Of a stretch of 64,000 nt of DNA, positions 40,077 to 49,794 are shown piece after piece. The position numbers were made by a program, and so were the translations under genes. The notes under the pieces are model-generated. The model was not told where the DNA came from and ran no database searches. It worked only from the letters and a program-made list of their open reading frames with translations. The stretch spans positions 32,001 to 96,000 of the forward strand of contig JBFJHJ010000005.1 in assembly GCA_041613315.1 (NCBI GenBank). Direction: 5' to 3'. The number at the start of each line of letters is the position of its first letter. Position 1 is the stretch's first letter. The stretch comes from Gemmatimonadales bacterium (GTDB lineage Bacteria > Gemmatimonadota > Gemmatimonadetes > Gemmatimonadales > GWC2-71-9).

Positions 40077-41522
40077 ATGCCAGACGATCGCCTCACCGTC
40101 GAGCGGATCGACGCCTACCGCTGGCGCGTTCCTCGCACGGGCGGCATGCGGACCGACGGCCTCATCTTTGCCGACACCGCCTTGATGCACGACCTGGAAG
40201 GCGACCAGGCGGTGACGCAGGTCGTGAACGTGGCGCACCTTCCCGGGATCGTCGGCCCCTCGATCGCGATGCCCGACATCCACTGGGGCTACGGCTTCCC
40301 CATCGGCGGCGTGGCGGCGTTCGACGAGCGTGAGGGCGTGATTTCTCCGGGCGGCGTCGGTTACGACATCAACTGCGGCGTGCGGCTCCTCCGGACACCA
40401 CTGTCAGTGAGCGACGTGCGTCCGAAGCTCGCCGCGCTGATGGACCGGCTCTTCGCCACTATCCCGTCGGGCGTCGGGTCGTCCCGCTCCGACATCACGC
40501 TCTCGCCCCGCGCGTTGGACCGCGTGCTCTCCCACGGCGCCCGCTGGACGCTGGACGAGGGCTATGCCACCGCTCGCGACCTCGAGTGCATCGAGGCCAA
40601 CGGCTCGCTCCCGGGAGAGCCCGACAAGGTGAGCGACCGGGCGAAGCAGCGCGGGAAGGCGCAACTCGGCACCGTCGGCAGCGGCAACCACTTCGTGGAA
40701 GTCGGCTACGTCGACGAGGTCTTCGACGACACGGCGGCCCGCCGTCTGGGCCTCGCGCCCGGGACCGTGACGGTCTTCATCCACTCGGGCTCGCGTGGAC
40801 TCGGCTACCAGGTGTGCGACGACTACCTCGACCGAATGGTCCGTGCCGCTGCCAAGTACGGCATCGCGCTCCCCGACAAGCAGCTCTGCTGCGCCCCGCT
40901 CTCCAGCTCCGAGGCGAAGGAGTACCTCGGCGCCATGAACGCCGCGGCCAATTACGCGTTCGCCAACCGGCAACTCATGAGCCATTTCGTGCGGCGCACC
41001 ATCGGCGACGTGTTCTCGCCGGCCGTGGCCGACGAGACGGATCTGGTCTACGACGTCGCGCACAACATCGCCAAGTTCGAGATGCATGAGGTGGATGGCG
41101 CGCCGCGCCGGGTGTGCGTACACCGCAAGGGCGCGACCCGCGCGTTCCCCCCGGGACATCCCGAACTCGCGGAACGGTTTCGGGATATCGGACAGCCCGT
41201 CTTGATACCGGGGGACATGGGCCGGTACTCGTTCGTCCTCGTGGGAACGCCCGGCGCGTTCAGCGAGACCTTCGGTTCCACGTGCCACGGCGCCGGGCGA
41301 CGCATGAGCCGGACGCAGGCTAAGAAGACCGCACGTTCTCGCAACGTCCCGCGCGAGCTCGAAGCGCGCGGCATCCTCGTCCGCGCCGCCAGCCGGCGCA
41401 CCGTGGATGAAGAGATCCCCGAGGCGTACAAGGACGTGCAGCAGGTGGTCGACGTCGTGCACGGCGCCGGGATCGGCAAGAAGGTGGCGAAGCTCGTGCC
41501 GATCGGCGTTGTCAAGGGCTGA
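40077..41522 (+). CDS. rtcB: RNA ligase RtcB
   Basis: MPDIHWGYGFPIGG, GYDINCG, GSGNHF, HSGSRG, HN, HRKGATRA, HGAGR, AYKD. Confidence 0.96.
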   Translation: MPDDRLTVERIDAYRWRVPRTGGMRTDGLIFADTALMHDLEGDQAVTQVVNVAHLPGIVGPSIAMPDIHWGYGFPIGGVAAFDEREGVISPGGVGYDINCGVRLLRTPLSVSDVRPKLAALMDRLFATIPSGVGSSRSDITLSPRALDRVLSHGARWTLDEGYATARDLECIEANGSLPGEPDKVSDRAKQRGKAQLGTVGSGNHFVEVGYVDEVFDDTAARRLGLAPGTVTVFIHSGSRGLGYQVCDDYLDRMVRAAAKYGIALPDKQLCCAPLSSSEAKEYLGAMNAAANYAFANRQLMSHFVRRTIGDVFSPAVADETDLVYDVAHNIAKFEMHEVDGAPRRVCVHRKGATRAFPPGHPELAERFRDIGQPVLIPGDMGRYSFVLVGTPGAFSETFGSTCHGAGRRMSRTQAKKTARSRNVPRELEARGILVRAASRRTVDEEIPEAYKDVQQVVDVVHGAGIGKKVAKLVPIGVVKG

Positions 41523-41568
41523 GGGAGGGCGGAACGGCGGAAGGGTCGACCCTCGGTGAGCCCGGCGA

Positions 41569-42699
41569 TCAGCGCGACCGCCGGTCCGCCGGTCCGCCGG
41601 TCCGCTGCCCCAACACCTCCCATATGCCCGGATCCTCCGGCCCCAGCACCCACGCCGAAAACCCGCGCAAGCGGAATTCGTCCACCACCGCGAGCTTCGC
41701 CCGAAAGCTCCGGGTGTCCTCCAAGAACACCCACTCGAACGTGCCGCCGCGCGCGTACGCCCCGTAGGCGACCTGCTGCACGTCGTCCCACCGCGGCTCG
41801 GCGCCGTGGCGCTCGAGCAGCCCGAGAGCCCACGCATGGCTCACCTGCTCGCTGTACGACCGGGCCAGCTCGGGTACGATCTGGTCCTCGCGCGACACGT
41901 ACCAGTGTTGGGACCCGAGCGGGATCCCGAGCGAGACTTTCCCGGCCGGCACCTGTGAGAGGACATACGCGATGACGTCCCGGACCCACGGGATACCGGC
42001 CTGAGGGCCGGGGGGCGTCCGACGGGTGTGTTGGGCGTAGGTCATGAGCGAGAGGAAATCGCCCGCCTCCGCGAGCGCCCGGAGGTCGTAGCCGCCCCGC
42101 CAGCTCTCGAACAGCCACGCGTGGTACCGGCTCGGACCCGGCAGCACGTCGGGTCGATGCACCACCGCCACGCTGATCAAGCGCCCGGCCGCGTGCAACG
42201 CGCGGGCCGCCTCGCGGTAGAAGCGCGTATACGCGTCTCGGTCCGCCACGCTGAGATTCTCGAAGTCGAACTGGATCCCGAGAAACCCGTGGCGCCGGCA
42301 GAGCTCGACCATCGAGGCCACCGCACGCGCCCGCGCCGCCGAATCCGCCAGGAGCGCGCTCAGCATCTCCTGGTCGAAGCCGGGGTTCACGATGAGGGGC
42401 ATCACGCCGACGCCGTGCTCCCGCGCCAGCGACACGACGCGCGGGTCCACCTCGCCCCAGACGATCCCGCGGGCATTTGCCGAGAAGGCGGCCGGAGCCA
42501 CGATCGAGATCTGATCGATGTGGGTGAGCAGGCTGCGGTAGCTGTCCTCGCGATCCACATAGTAGAAGATCCGCTCCGGCTGGAGCTGGGCGGACGCCGC
42601 CCCGGCCGCCGCTACGAGCCACAGCATCGCCATGAGAAAGGACGCTGTCGCGGCCCCTCTACGCCCTGCGTCGCGCGGTCGTCCGTTCGCTGCCGTCAT
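41569..42699 (-). CDS. glycoside hydrolase family 18 protein, secreted
   Basis: GFLGIQFDFE, LMTY, KVSLGIP, GFSAWVLG; start may be 42633. Confidence 0.8.
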   Translation of the reverse strand: MTAANGRPRDAGRRGAATASFLMAMLWLVAAAGAASAQLQPERIFYYVDREDSYRSLLTHIDQISIVAPAAFSANARGIVWGEVDPRVVSLAREHGVGVMPLIVNPGFDQEMLSALLADSAARARAVASMVELCRRHGFLGIQFDFENLSVADRDAYTRFYREAARALHAAGRLISVAVVHRPDVLPGPSRYHAWLFESWRGGYDLRALAEAGDFLSLMTYAQHTRRTPPGPQAGIPWVRDVIAYVLSQVPAGKVSLGIPLGSQHWYVSREDQIVPELARSYSEQVSHAWALGLLERHGAEPRWDDVQQVAYGAYARGGTFEWVFLEDTRSFRAKLAVVDEFRLRGFSAWVLGPEDPGIWEVLGQRTGGPADRRSR

Positions 42700-42842
42700 C
42701 GATCACCCGGGTTCACGGTCGCTTCCACGTCCCGGGCAACCGTATCGTCCATCCGCGAGAGGTGTCAAGCCACGCCCGACCGCCCCCGCCTCCGGTGCCG
42801 ACCTTGGCAAGGCGCCCCGGCCTCGTAGCTTTCCTGGTGACG

Positions 42843-44807
42843 ATGGCTCGCCAGCGGACGAAGACCCGTGCGTCAGGACGGGACGCGCAGCCCGCCCCGG
42901 CCGTGCCGGCGGGGTCGGGGGAGCTCCCGCCAGCGGCACGCCGCCCCCCCACGACCGTCGAGGGTGCGCGTGAGCGCGAGCGCATCCGAACCGTCGTGGT
43001 TCCCGACCACGACGATGTCGCCCTACTGGTCGCCGACCGGATGGTGGAGGTCATCGTGCGGGAGGTCGCGTCGAAAGGGCGCTGCGTCATCGGCCTGGCC
43101 ACCGGCAGCACCCCCCTCGGCATCTATCGGGAGCTGACCCGCCGCCACCAGGCCGGGGAGGTCGAGTTCTCCCGTGTGATCACGTTCAACCTGGACGACT
43201 ATCACCCGATGCCGCGGGAGAGCCGGCACAGCTACCACCGCTACATGCGGGAGAACTTCTTCGATCACATCGACATTCCGCCGGCGAACGTTCACATCCC
43301 GGACAGCGAGATTCCGCCCGACCAGCTCGCCGCGCATTGCGCCGCGTACGAGGCGGCGATCCGGGACGCCGGCGGGATCGACTTCCAGATCCTCGGCATC
43401 GGCAAGACCGGACACATCGGGTTCAACGAGCCCGGCTCCTCTCCCGATTCCCGCACGCGGTTGGTGAGGCTGGATACGATCACCCGAAAGGACGCGGCCG
43501 CGGATTTCTTCGGAGAAGACAACGTGCCGCGGCAGGCGATCACGATGGGGGTGGCCACGATCCTCGAGGCGCGGGAAATCGCCCTGATCGCGACGGGCGA
43601 GCACAAGGCGGAGATCGTGCGGCGGGCTGTCGAAAGCGCGGTATCGCACGACGTGGCCGCGACGTACCTCCAGCAGCACACGAACGCCACCGCGTACCTG
43701 GATCTCGCAGCCGCCGCGCGGCTCACGCGCATCGAGACGCCGTGGGTGCTGGAGACCGTCGAGTGGACCCCGTCGATGACCGACCGTGCCGTGGTGTGGC
43801 TCGCGGAGCGGACCGGCAAGGCGATCCTCAAGCTGAGCGCCGGCGACTACACCGAGAACCACTTGAGCCCGCTCTTGGCGAAGTATGGATCCCCGGGCCC
43901 GCTCAACGGTGAGGTGTTCAACCGCCTGAAGGACAAGATCCGCGGGAAGTCGAAGCTTCAGTCAGGACGCCGGATCGTCGTGTTCTCGCCCCACCCGGAC
44001 GACGACGTCATCTCCATGGGCGGCATCCTGCGGAAGTTGGCCGACAACGGGAACGAGATCACGGTCGCCTACCTGACCAGCGGGAACATCGCCGTCTTCG
44101 ACGACGACGTGCGTCGGCATCTGGACTTCGTGGACCGCGCCGCGGCGGTCCTGGGCATTGACCGGGAGGGCCTCGCTCGGACGCGCCGCTCGGTGCTGGA
44201 GGCGCTGGCCGGCAAGACCCCGGGCGATGTGGATCTCGCCGCGGTCCAGGACCTGAAACGCGTGATTCGGGAATCCGAGGCGGTCGCCGCTCTGCAGGCC
44301 GTCGGCCTCGCGCCCACGGCGGCCCGGTTTCTCGACCTTCCCTTCTATCGAACCGGAGCGGTTCGGAAGCGCCCCGTGACCGACGAGGACGTTTCAATCG
44401 TTCGGGCGGTCCTGGAGACGGCCCGGCCGGACGTCGTGTTCGTGGCGGGTGACCTCTCCGATCCGCACGGGACGCACCGGATGTGCAAGACCGCGATCGA
44501 TCGGGCCCTCGCCGAGTACGACGCGACGCGGCCCGAGGTGTGGCTCTACCGGGGGGCCTGGCAGGAGTGGTCGGTCACCGAAGCCGATGTGCTGGTGCCC
44601 CTCTCCGCCGACGAGCTCCGTGCCAAGATCATGGCGATCTTCAAGCACGAATCCCAGAAGGACACCGCGCTGTTCCCGGGCGGATACGACGACCGCGAGT
44701 TCTGGCAGCGGGTGGTGGCGCGGAATCAGGAGACGGCCGCCTGCGCCGACCGGCTCGGGCTGCCGGAGTACTTCGCGATGGAGGCGTTCGTGATCCGGCG
44801 ACCCTAG
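42843..44807 (+). CDS. nagB: glucosamine-6-phosphate deaminase fused to a PIG-L-like deacetylase domain
   Basis: GLATGSTP, TFNLD, GIGKTGHIGFNEPG; then SPHPDDD and DPHGTH. Confidence 0.92.
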   Translation: MARQRTKTRASGRDAQPAPAVPAGSGELPPAARRPPTTVEGARERERIRTVVVPDHDDVALLVADRMVEVIVREVASKGRCVIGLATGSTPLGIYRELTRRHQAGEVEFSRVITFNLDDYHPMPRESRHSYHRYMRENFFDHIDIPPANVHIPDSEIPPDQLAAHCAAYEAAIRDAGGIDFQILGIGKTGHIGFNEPGSSPDSRTRLVRLDTITRKDAAADFFGEDNVPRQAITMGVATILEAREIALIATGEHKAEIVRRAVESAVSHDVAATYLQQHTNATAYLDLAAAARLTRIETPWVLETVEWTPSMTDRAVVWLAERTGKAILKLSAGDYTENHLSPLLAKYGSPGPLNGEVFNRLKDKIRGKSKLQSGRRIVVFSPHPDDDVISMGGILRKLADNGNEITVAYLTSGNIAVFDDDVRRHLDFVDRAAAVLGIDREGLARTRRSVLEALAGKTPGDVDLAAVQDLKRVIRESEAVAALQAVGLAPTAARFLDLPFYRTGAVRKRPVTDEDVSIVRAVLETARPDVVFVAGDLSDPHGTHRMCKTAIDRALAEYDATRPEVWLYRGAWQEWSVTEADVLVPLSADELRAKIMAIFKHESQKDTALFPGGYDDREFWQRVVARNQETAACADRLGLPEYFAMEAFVIRRP

Positions 44808-45472
44808 CGCTCTTTCCGCTTCTCGAAGAGCGCGTCCCACCCCCGCTGGATCGCCTTGGCCGAGCCCAAGCCCACCGCCATCGCGAACGCGACGGCAATC
44901 GCGCCGAACGCGATCAGGAAGCCCGCCAATACGAGCTGTGGCGCCAACCCCAACTGGTACAGCCCCAGCGCGCCCACCACGGTGAGCAGGACGCCCTTGA
45001 GCAGCTTCCCGATCAGCCGCGCGTGCTCGAATTCCTCCTCTTCGAGCGCATCCTGCGCTCGTTCAGCGACGACGTTGGAGACGAGCAGCCCGATGCCCAC
45101 GATGACACCCACGAGCGCGAGGTTCGGCAGATATCGGACCGTCGCGCTGACCAGGTCCGAAAGCACGTTGAGGCCGAGGATGTCCAGCGCGTTCTCGAGG
45201 AACACGAGGATGACGAGCACCATCGCGATGTTGCCGAGCAGTTGGTATAGCGCGGCGCGCACGTCGCCCTTTCCCACGGCCGCCCGCCAACCGAAGCGCC
45301 CTCCCAAGCGATCGAGGCGGAGCCAGACGAGGATGCGCACGGTGGCGCGCTTCGCCAGCCACCCCGTCACCAGGCCCAGCGCGATGACGATGAGGCCGGC
45401 GGCCAGCGTCGGGAGATAACCCGAAAGGCGGTCGACGAACTCCGCGAGAGGACCGGTCTGCTGCACGGACAT
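44804..45472 (-). CDS. TM-helix repeat membrane protein (MscS/CmpX-like)
   Basis: Two YLP(T/N)L repeats, five TM segments, AMAVGLG. Confidence 0.7.
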   Translation of the reverse strand: MSVQQTGPLAEFVDRLSGYLPTLAAGLIVIALGLVTGWLAKRATVRILVWLRLDRLGGRFGWRAAVGKGDVRAALYQLLGNIAMVLVILVFLENALDILGLNVLSDLVSATVRYLPNLALVGVIVGIGLLVSNVVAERAQDALEEEEFEHARLIGKLLKGVLLTVVGALGLYQLGLAPQLVLAGFLIAFGAIAVAFAMAVGLGSAKAIQRGWDALFEKRKER

Positions 45473-45476
45473 GATG

Positions 45477-47723
45477 CTATCCACTCCCGAAGAAGATCCG
45501 CTCGAAGCGGCGCGCCCGCCGCTGCTCGACATCACGCACGACGACCACGGGGTTCTTCCCCCGCTTCGCGAGCAGGCTCGGGATCGTCTCGCCCACGATG
45601 GCCGCCACCGGCCCGGTGCTGGGCGCCCCGATCACCACGAGCGCGCCGCGGCGGACCGTGGAGGCAATGCCGCGCATCGCGTCGCGCCGGCGGAGCACCT
45701 CGAGACCGTCGCCGAAGCTCGCGGCCTCCAGGGTCTCGCGCGCCGCGGCGACGTGCTCCTCCGCCGCCTGCTCCGAGAGCCCCCGCTCCACCACGGTCAC
45801 GGCGCGGGCCGGCACCTTCAGCCATCCCGCAAGCGCGGGGGCCAGTTCCGCGGCCAGCGCCGAGTTGGGTCCTCTGGTGACCGGCACGACCACCTCGCGC
45901 AGTTCTCCCGGATCAATCGTCCCGTAGACGATGCCGACGCGCGACGGCGCGTCCTGGAGCACCCGCTCGACGATGGACGCGACGATCCGCTCGAGGAACG
46001 ACTGCCGATGCGGCTGTCCGAGGATGAGGAAGTTGCACTCCTCCTCCCGCGCGGTCCCCACGATCCCATGGCTGATCCGCCGCGCGATCTTGACCACGGG
46101 CCGCACGGTGACCCCGCGCTCCGCCGCGTACGCCACCGCTTCGTCCAGCAGCGGCTCGAGCGCGCGCGCGAGCCGCCGTCCGGCCAGAAGCGTTTCTCCC
46201 TCGGGCACCTCACCCACCGTGACGGCGACGATGTCGCCCTGATGTTGCTTGGCGATCGCGAGCGCCGCTTCCATGAGCGACTGCATCGTCCGGGGACTGG
46301 AGACGGCCACGAGCACGCGATACTCTCGCCGCTCGATCCGCTCCATCCACTCCGCGCGTTCAGTGAACGCCTTCTCGCGCTTTCGGCTATACACGTAGTA
46401 GAAGCCCGTGCCGGCCGCGATCCAGCCTCCCGCCGCCGCCCAGGCCGTGGGATACTGGAAGAACATGAACACCGCCACGAACAACATCGTCACGATCGCC
46501 AGGATCGGGATGACGGGCATGAGGGGCACCTTGTAGCCCCGGTCCAGCTCCGGGTGCATCCGGCGCAGCCGGATGCAGGCGACGTTGACCCCGCCGAACA
46601 ACAGCAGGAACATCACGCTGGCGGCGGCCGCGACTTCCTCGATGGGCAGCGCGATCGCCATTCCGACGATGATGAGCGTCGAGAACAGGATCGCGTAGTG
46701 CGGTGTGGCGCGTTTCCGATGCACACGCGCGACGACCTGCGGCAGGCTCGCGTCCCGGGCCATGGCAAACGCCACGCGCGACGACGAGTACACGGTGGCG
46801 TTGAGGGCCGACAGCGTCGACAGGAGACCGCCCGCCAGGATGACGAACGCCCCACCCGGCACGAATTGCTCCGCCGCCGTCACCAGGGCGATCTCCTTCT
46901 CCTGCCCCAAGTACTGTGTAACGCTCAGGCCGGACGGCGGCGTAACCGCGCCGATGGCGACCAACGCCACCAACAAGTAGATCGGAATGACGATCAGCAG
47001 CGAGAGGAAGACGGCGCGCGGCACGTTGCGCTTCGGGTCTTCGACCTCCTCGCTGGTCTGGGCGATAATCTCATACCCCTCGAACGCGATGAACGTGAGC
47101 CCCATCGCCGCGAAGATGCCGGCCCAGCCTTCGCTGATGAACGGGGTAAACGATCCCTGCCAGCCGGGGCGCTTCGTCATCACCCACAGCCCCACCATGA
47201 TGAATGCCACGATGATCACGACCTTACCGATCGTGACCACGTTCCCGGCCTTACCGGTCTCGGATGCGCCCCGGTAATTGATGTAGGCGAACACCGTGCA
47301 GGCGGCGATTGCCAGCCAAATCTCGAGCGGGGCGATCGGGGGGCGCCACAGCGGGATGCCGGCGACCGCGAGCACCTCCTTGAAGTACGCACCGAAGCCG
47401 AGCGCGTACAGTGAGCAGGCGACGGCGTGCGCGAACCAGTCCATCCAACCGGCGAGGAACCCGCTCGGATCGGGCAGCGAGCGCTTGATCCACAGGTAGC
47501 CGCCCCCGGCGCCGTGGATCGCGCCCCCCAATTCCGCGTAGGCCATCGCCGTCAGCAGGGCGACGAGACCGTTCAGCAGAAAGACCAGGAGCAGGGCGGG
47601 GCCGGCGACACCCGCGGCGATGCCGGTCAACACAAAAATACCGGCGCCGATCATCGCCCCGACGCCGATCATCGTTATGTCGATGAGCCGCATCTCGCGG
47701 CTCAGGCGTACTTCCAGCGCCAC
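45477..47723 (-). CDS. APC family amino-acid permease fused to Usp domain(s)
   Basis: GAMIGAGIF, YAEL, AFEGYE, EEVEDPKRNVP; C-terminal RVLVAV..ILG..VERVL Usp pattern. Confidence 0.9.
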   Translation of the reverse strand: MALEVRLSREMRLIDITMIGVGAMIGAGIFVLTGIAAGVAGPALLLVFLLNGLVALLTAMAYAELGGAIHGAGGGYLWIKRSLPDPSGFLAGWMDWFAHAVACSLYALGFGAYFKEVLAVAGIPLWRPPIAPLEIWLAIAACTVFAYINYRGASETGKAGNVVTIGKVVIIVAFIMVGLWVMTKRPGWQGSFTPFISEGWAGIFAAMGLTFIAFEGYEIIAQTSEEVEDPKRNVPRAVFLSLLIVIPIYLLVALVAIGAVTPPSGLSVTQYLGQEKEIALVTAAEQFVPGGAFVILAGGLLSTLSALNATVYSSSRVAFAMARDASLPQVVARVHRKRATPHYAILFSTLIIVGMAIALPIEEVAAAASVMFLLLFGGVNVACIRLRRMHPELDRGYKVPLMPVIPILAIVTMLFVAVFMFFQYPTAWAAAGGWIAAGTGFYYVYSRKREKAFTERAEWMERIERREYRVLVAVSSPRTMQSLMEAALAIAKQHQGDIVAVTVGEVPEGETLLAGRRLARALEPLLDEAVAYAAERGVTVRPVVKIARRISHGIVGTAREEECNFLILGQPHRQSFLERIVASIVERVLQDAPSRVGIVYGTIDPGELREVVVPVTRGPNSALAAELAPALAGWLKVPARAVTVVERGLSEQAAEEHVAAARETLEAASFGDGLEVLRRRDAMRGIASTVRRGALVVIGAPSTGPVAAIVGETIPSLLAKRGKNPVVVVRDVEQRRARRFERIFFGSG

Positions 47724-47799
47724 GGCAAATCCGCTCGGGAAGGACGACTAGAGAGTGCGGAGGACTGCGCAACGGCGCAAGAGCGTACCGGCGTGGATG

Positions 47800-47844
47800 A
47801 AAAACGGGCGGCCCGCGCACCCCGATCGGAGTGGCGGGCCGCCC
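47800..47844 (-). terminator. intrinsic terminator/attenuator in the leader of the APC permease
   Basis: Stem GGGCGGCCCGC (47844-47834) pairs with GCGGGCCGCCC (47816-47806), followed by GTTTTT. Confidence 0.6.
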
Positions 47845-48473
47845 TACGCACTGGCTACCCGGAGCCAGGGGATTGACTCCCACTGTTCTTCTTCCTGCCG
47901 CCGCCGCCTGGACTGATGCGCCCGCGGTAGGGCTGGTCAGGAGCTCCGGCTTCCATCCCCAAGCGGCCTGGCCGGGCCGCAAGGTTCGCCGGTGCGGGCG
48001 CTGCGAGTCGGTCGAGTCGCGGATCGACCTCCCGCACTGCACACCGAGGCGCCACATCGGTGCGGACGAGGCACGCGACTGGCCTCGCCGATCCGGAAGG
48101 GGTGACCACCCGGATCGTCAGACGCCCGAGCCCTTGATCGTAGGCGCCCTCCCCGGAATTCCCTCGCCGGACCTGTCACCGGGAGCGCGGCGGAAACTCG
48201 AAAGTCTCCTCCCAACGCCTCGTGACGTGCCCAATCTAGGAAAGGGAGGAGTGCGCGCAAGTGCCGCTATTTCTTTGGGTTACGGCGTTGATGTGCAGGG
48301 CGTGTGGACGGAAAATTCCCTGTTTTTGGGGCCTCGCCAACTGGTTTCCACGGGATGTGGAGTTGTGCATAACCATCGGCCACATGCCGTCCACATCGGC
48401 CACGATCGAGGATGGACGGGTCACGGAAAACGGGAGGAGGGGTGGCCGGGGGGCCGACGCCCCTGGCGGACGA

Positions 48474-49091
48474 TCAGCCTTCGAGTCCCACTTCCTCGTA
48501 GACGTAGGGATCACCGGACACGGCCGGTGCGAAGAGGACGCCACCGCCGCTGGTGGCGAACCAGCCGGCGAGCAGCAGGTTGGACCGCGCCGCCGGCTCT
48601 TGGAAGAGGGCCGACAACCAGCGCCGTACGTGCTTGAGCTCCGGCGCGCGGCGGGAGAACAGCGTGAGCACGCTGTTGGCGCCCTGCGTTGCCCGGAGAA
48701 AGTGCGCGACCGCGTGGACGCGCTGGGCGAACTCGTACGCGCGCACACCCGGCTCGTCGTAGAGGAGCGAGCCCTCATAGGGGTCCGCGGGGGGAGCGTC
48801 CATCCGCGGTCCGAGGTAGACGAAGATGCGGCGGCCCTCGCGCCGACGCTCGACGACCGCGGCGGCCGTCTCACCGCCCAGCCGCGCGGCATGGATCAGG
48901 TCGTCGTCGCTCAGGACTCCCACGGTAATCGTCCACTCCAGCGCCGCCAGGGCGTTGTGGAGCGGGCATCCCATGTCCTCGTCGAACGCGAGGAGACGAG
49001 GCGCTTCGCCCGCGCGCTGGAAGAAGTGGCCCAGAGCCTCGGGGCGATCCGGCCAGGTGCGCGTGGTCCGTGACACCGCGGGAACCGTCAT
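48474..49091 (-). CDS. hypothetical protein
   Basis: Globular-looking ORF; TATCTT upstream of the ATG. Confidence 0.65.
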   Translation of the reverse strand: MTVPAVSRTTRTWPDRPEALGHFFQRAGEAPRLLAFDEDMGCPLHNALAALEWTITVGVLSDDDLIHAARLGGETAAAVVERRREGRRIFVYLGPRMDAPPADPYEGSLLYDEPGVRAYEFAQRVHAVAHFLRATQGANSVLTLFSRRAPELKHVRRWLSALFQEPAARSNLLLAGWFATSGGGVLFAPAVSGDPYVYEEVGLEG

Positions 49092-49197
49092 AGTATGCGG
49101 AAGATAACGGGGCCCGTCGGCAGCGAATAGGTGCTGCATCACGTCGGCCGGTTCGGCGCCTTGCCCCGGGGCCGGGGGTGATGGCATCCTTCGGTCC

Positions 49198-49782
49198 ATG
49201 CGCCGCCCGGTGTTCTTCCTGCTGCTCGCCGCCACGCTCGTGGCGGCGACCCAAGCCAACCCGCGACTCTTGCGTCGCTGGGTCGGTTCGTACCAGGGCC
49301 GACCGATGCACCTGGATTTCTACGGCGACACGATGCTCGTGCTGAACGACGCCCTCGCCCTCGACTACCGGGCGACGCGCGACTCGCTTGTCGCCGTGGG
49401 CGACACGTCCTTCGCGGTGAGTTTCTGGTTCGCGCTCGACCGCATGCTGTTGCAGACGGCGCAGGGGGACGTCATCACCATGGCGCCGCAGGACGTGCTC
49501 GCGCGCCCCATCGAAGGGCGGTGGCTCGGCACCCCGAGCGACTCGGACCGGCCGATCGAGCTCCGGATGACCCGCAGCGGGACCGCCCGCTGGCGGCGCG
49601 AGCCGGACGGCACGTGGGTGAGCGGCGAGTGGGACCGCGTGATGCGGGTGATCTTGTTCACCTGGCTTCCGGATTCCGTCGTGTGGACCGCACGCTACGA
49701 TCCCGGCGGCAACGCCATGCTGGTGAGCGACATCCCGCCCGACGGGGGATCGGTCATCCTCCGGCGGTTCTTCCGCCGCTGA
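49198..49782 (+). CDS. hypothetical secreted protein
   Basis: Signal peptide; two similar W-x-G beta modules. Confidence 0.65.
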   Translation: MRRPVFFLLLAATLVAATQANPRLLRRWVGSYQGRPMHLDFYGDTMLVLNDALALDYRATRDSLVAVGDTSFAVSFWFALDRMLLQTAQGDVITMAPQDVLARPIEGRWLGTPSDSDRPIELRMTRSGTARWRREPDGTWVSGEWDRVMRVILFTWLPDSVVWTARYDPGGNAMLVSDIPPDGGSVILRRFFRR

Positions 49783-49794
49783 GGGCGCCCTCGC

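Noticed and set aside
41525..41606. Octamer tandem repeats (CCGGTCCG x3) at the rtcB/GH18 convergence
   Set aside because: Short low-complexity repeat with no supportable function
47831..48637. 268-aa ORFs crossing the intergenic region upstream of the permease
   Set aside because: No recognisable motifs or SD; the region is better explained as structured non-coding sequence
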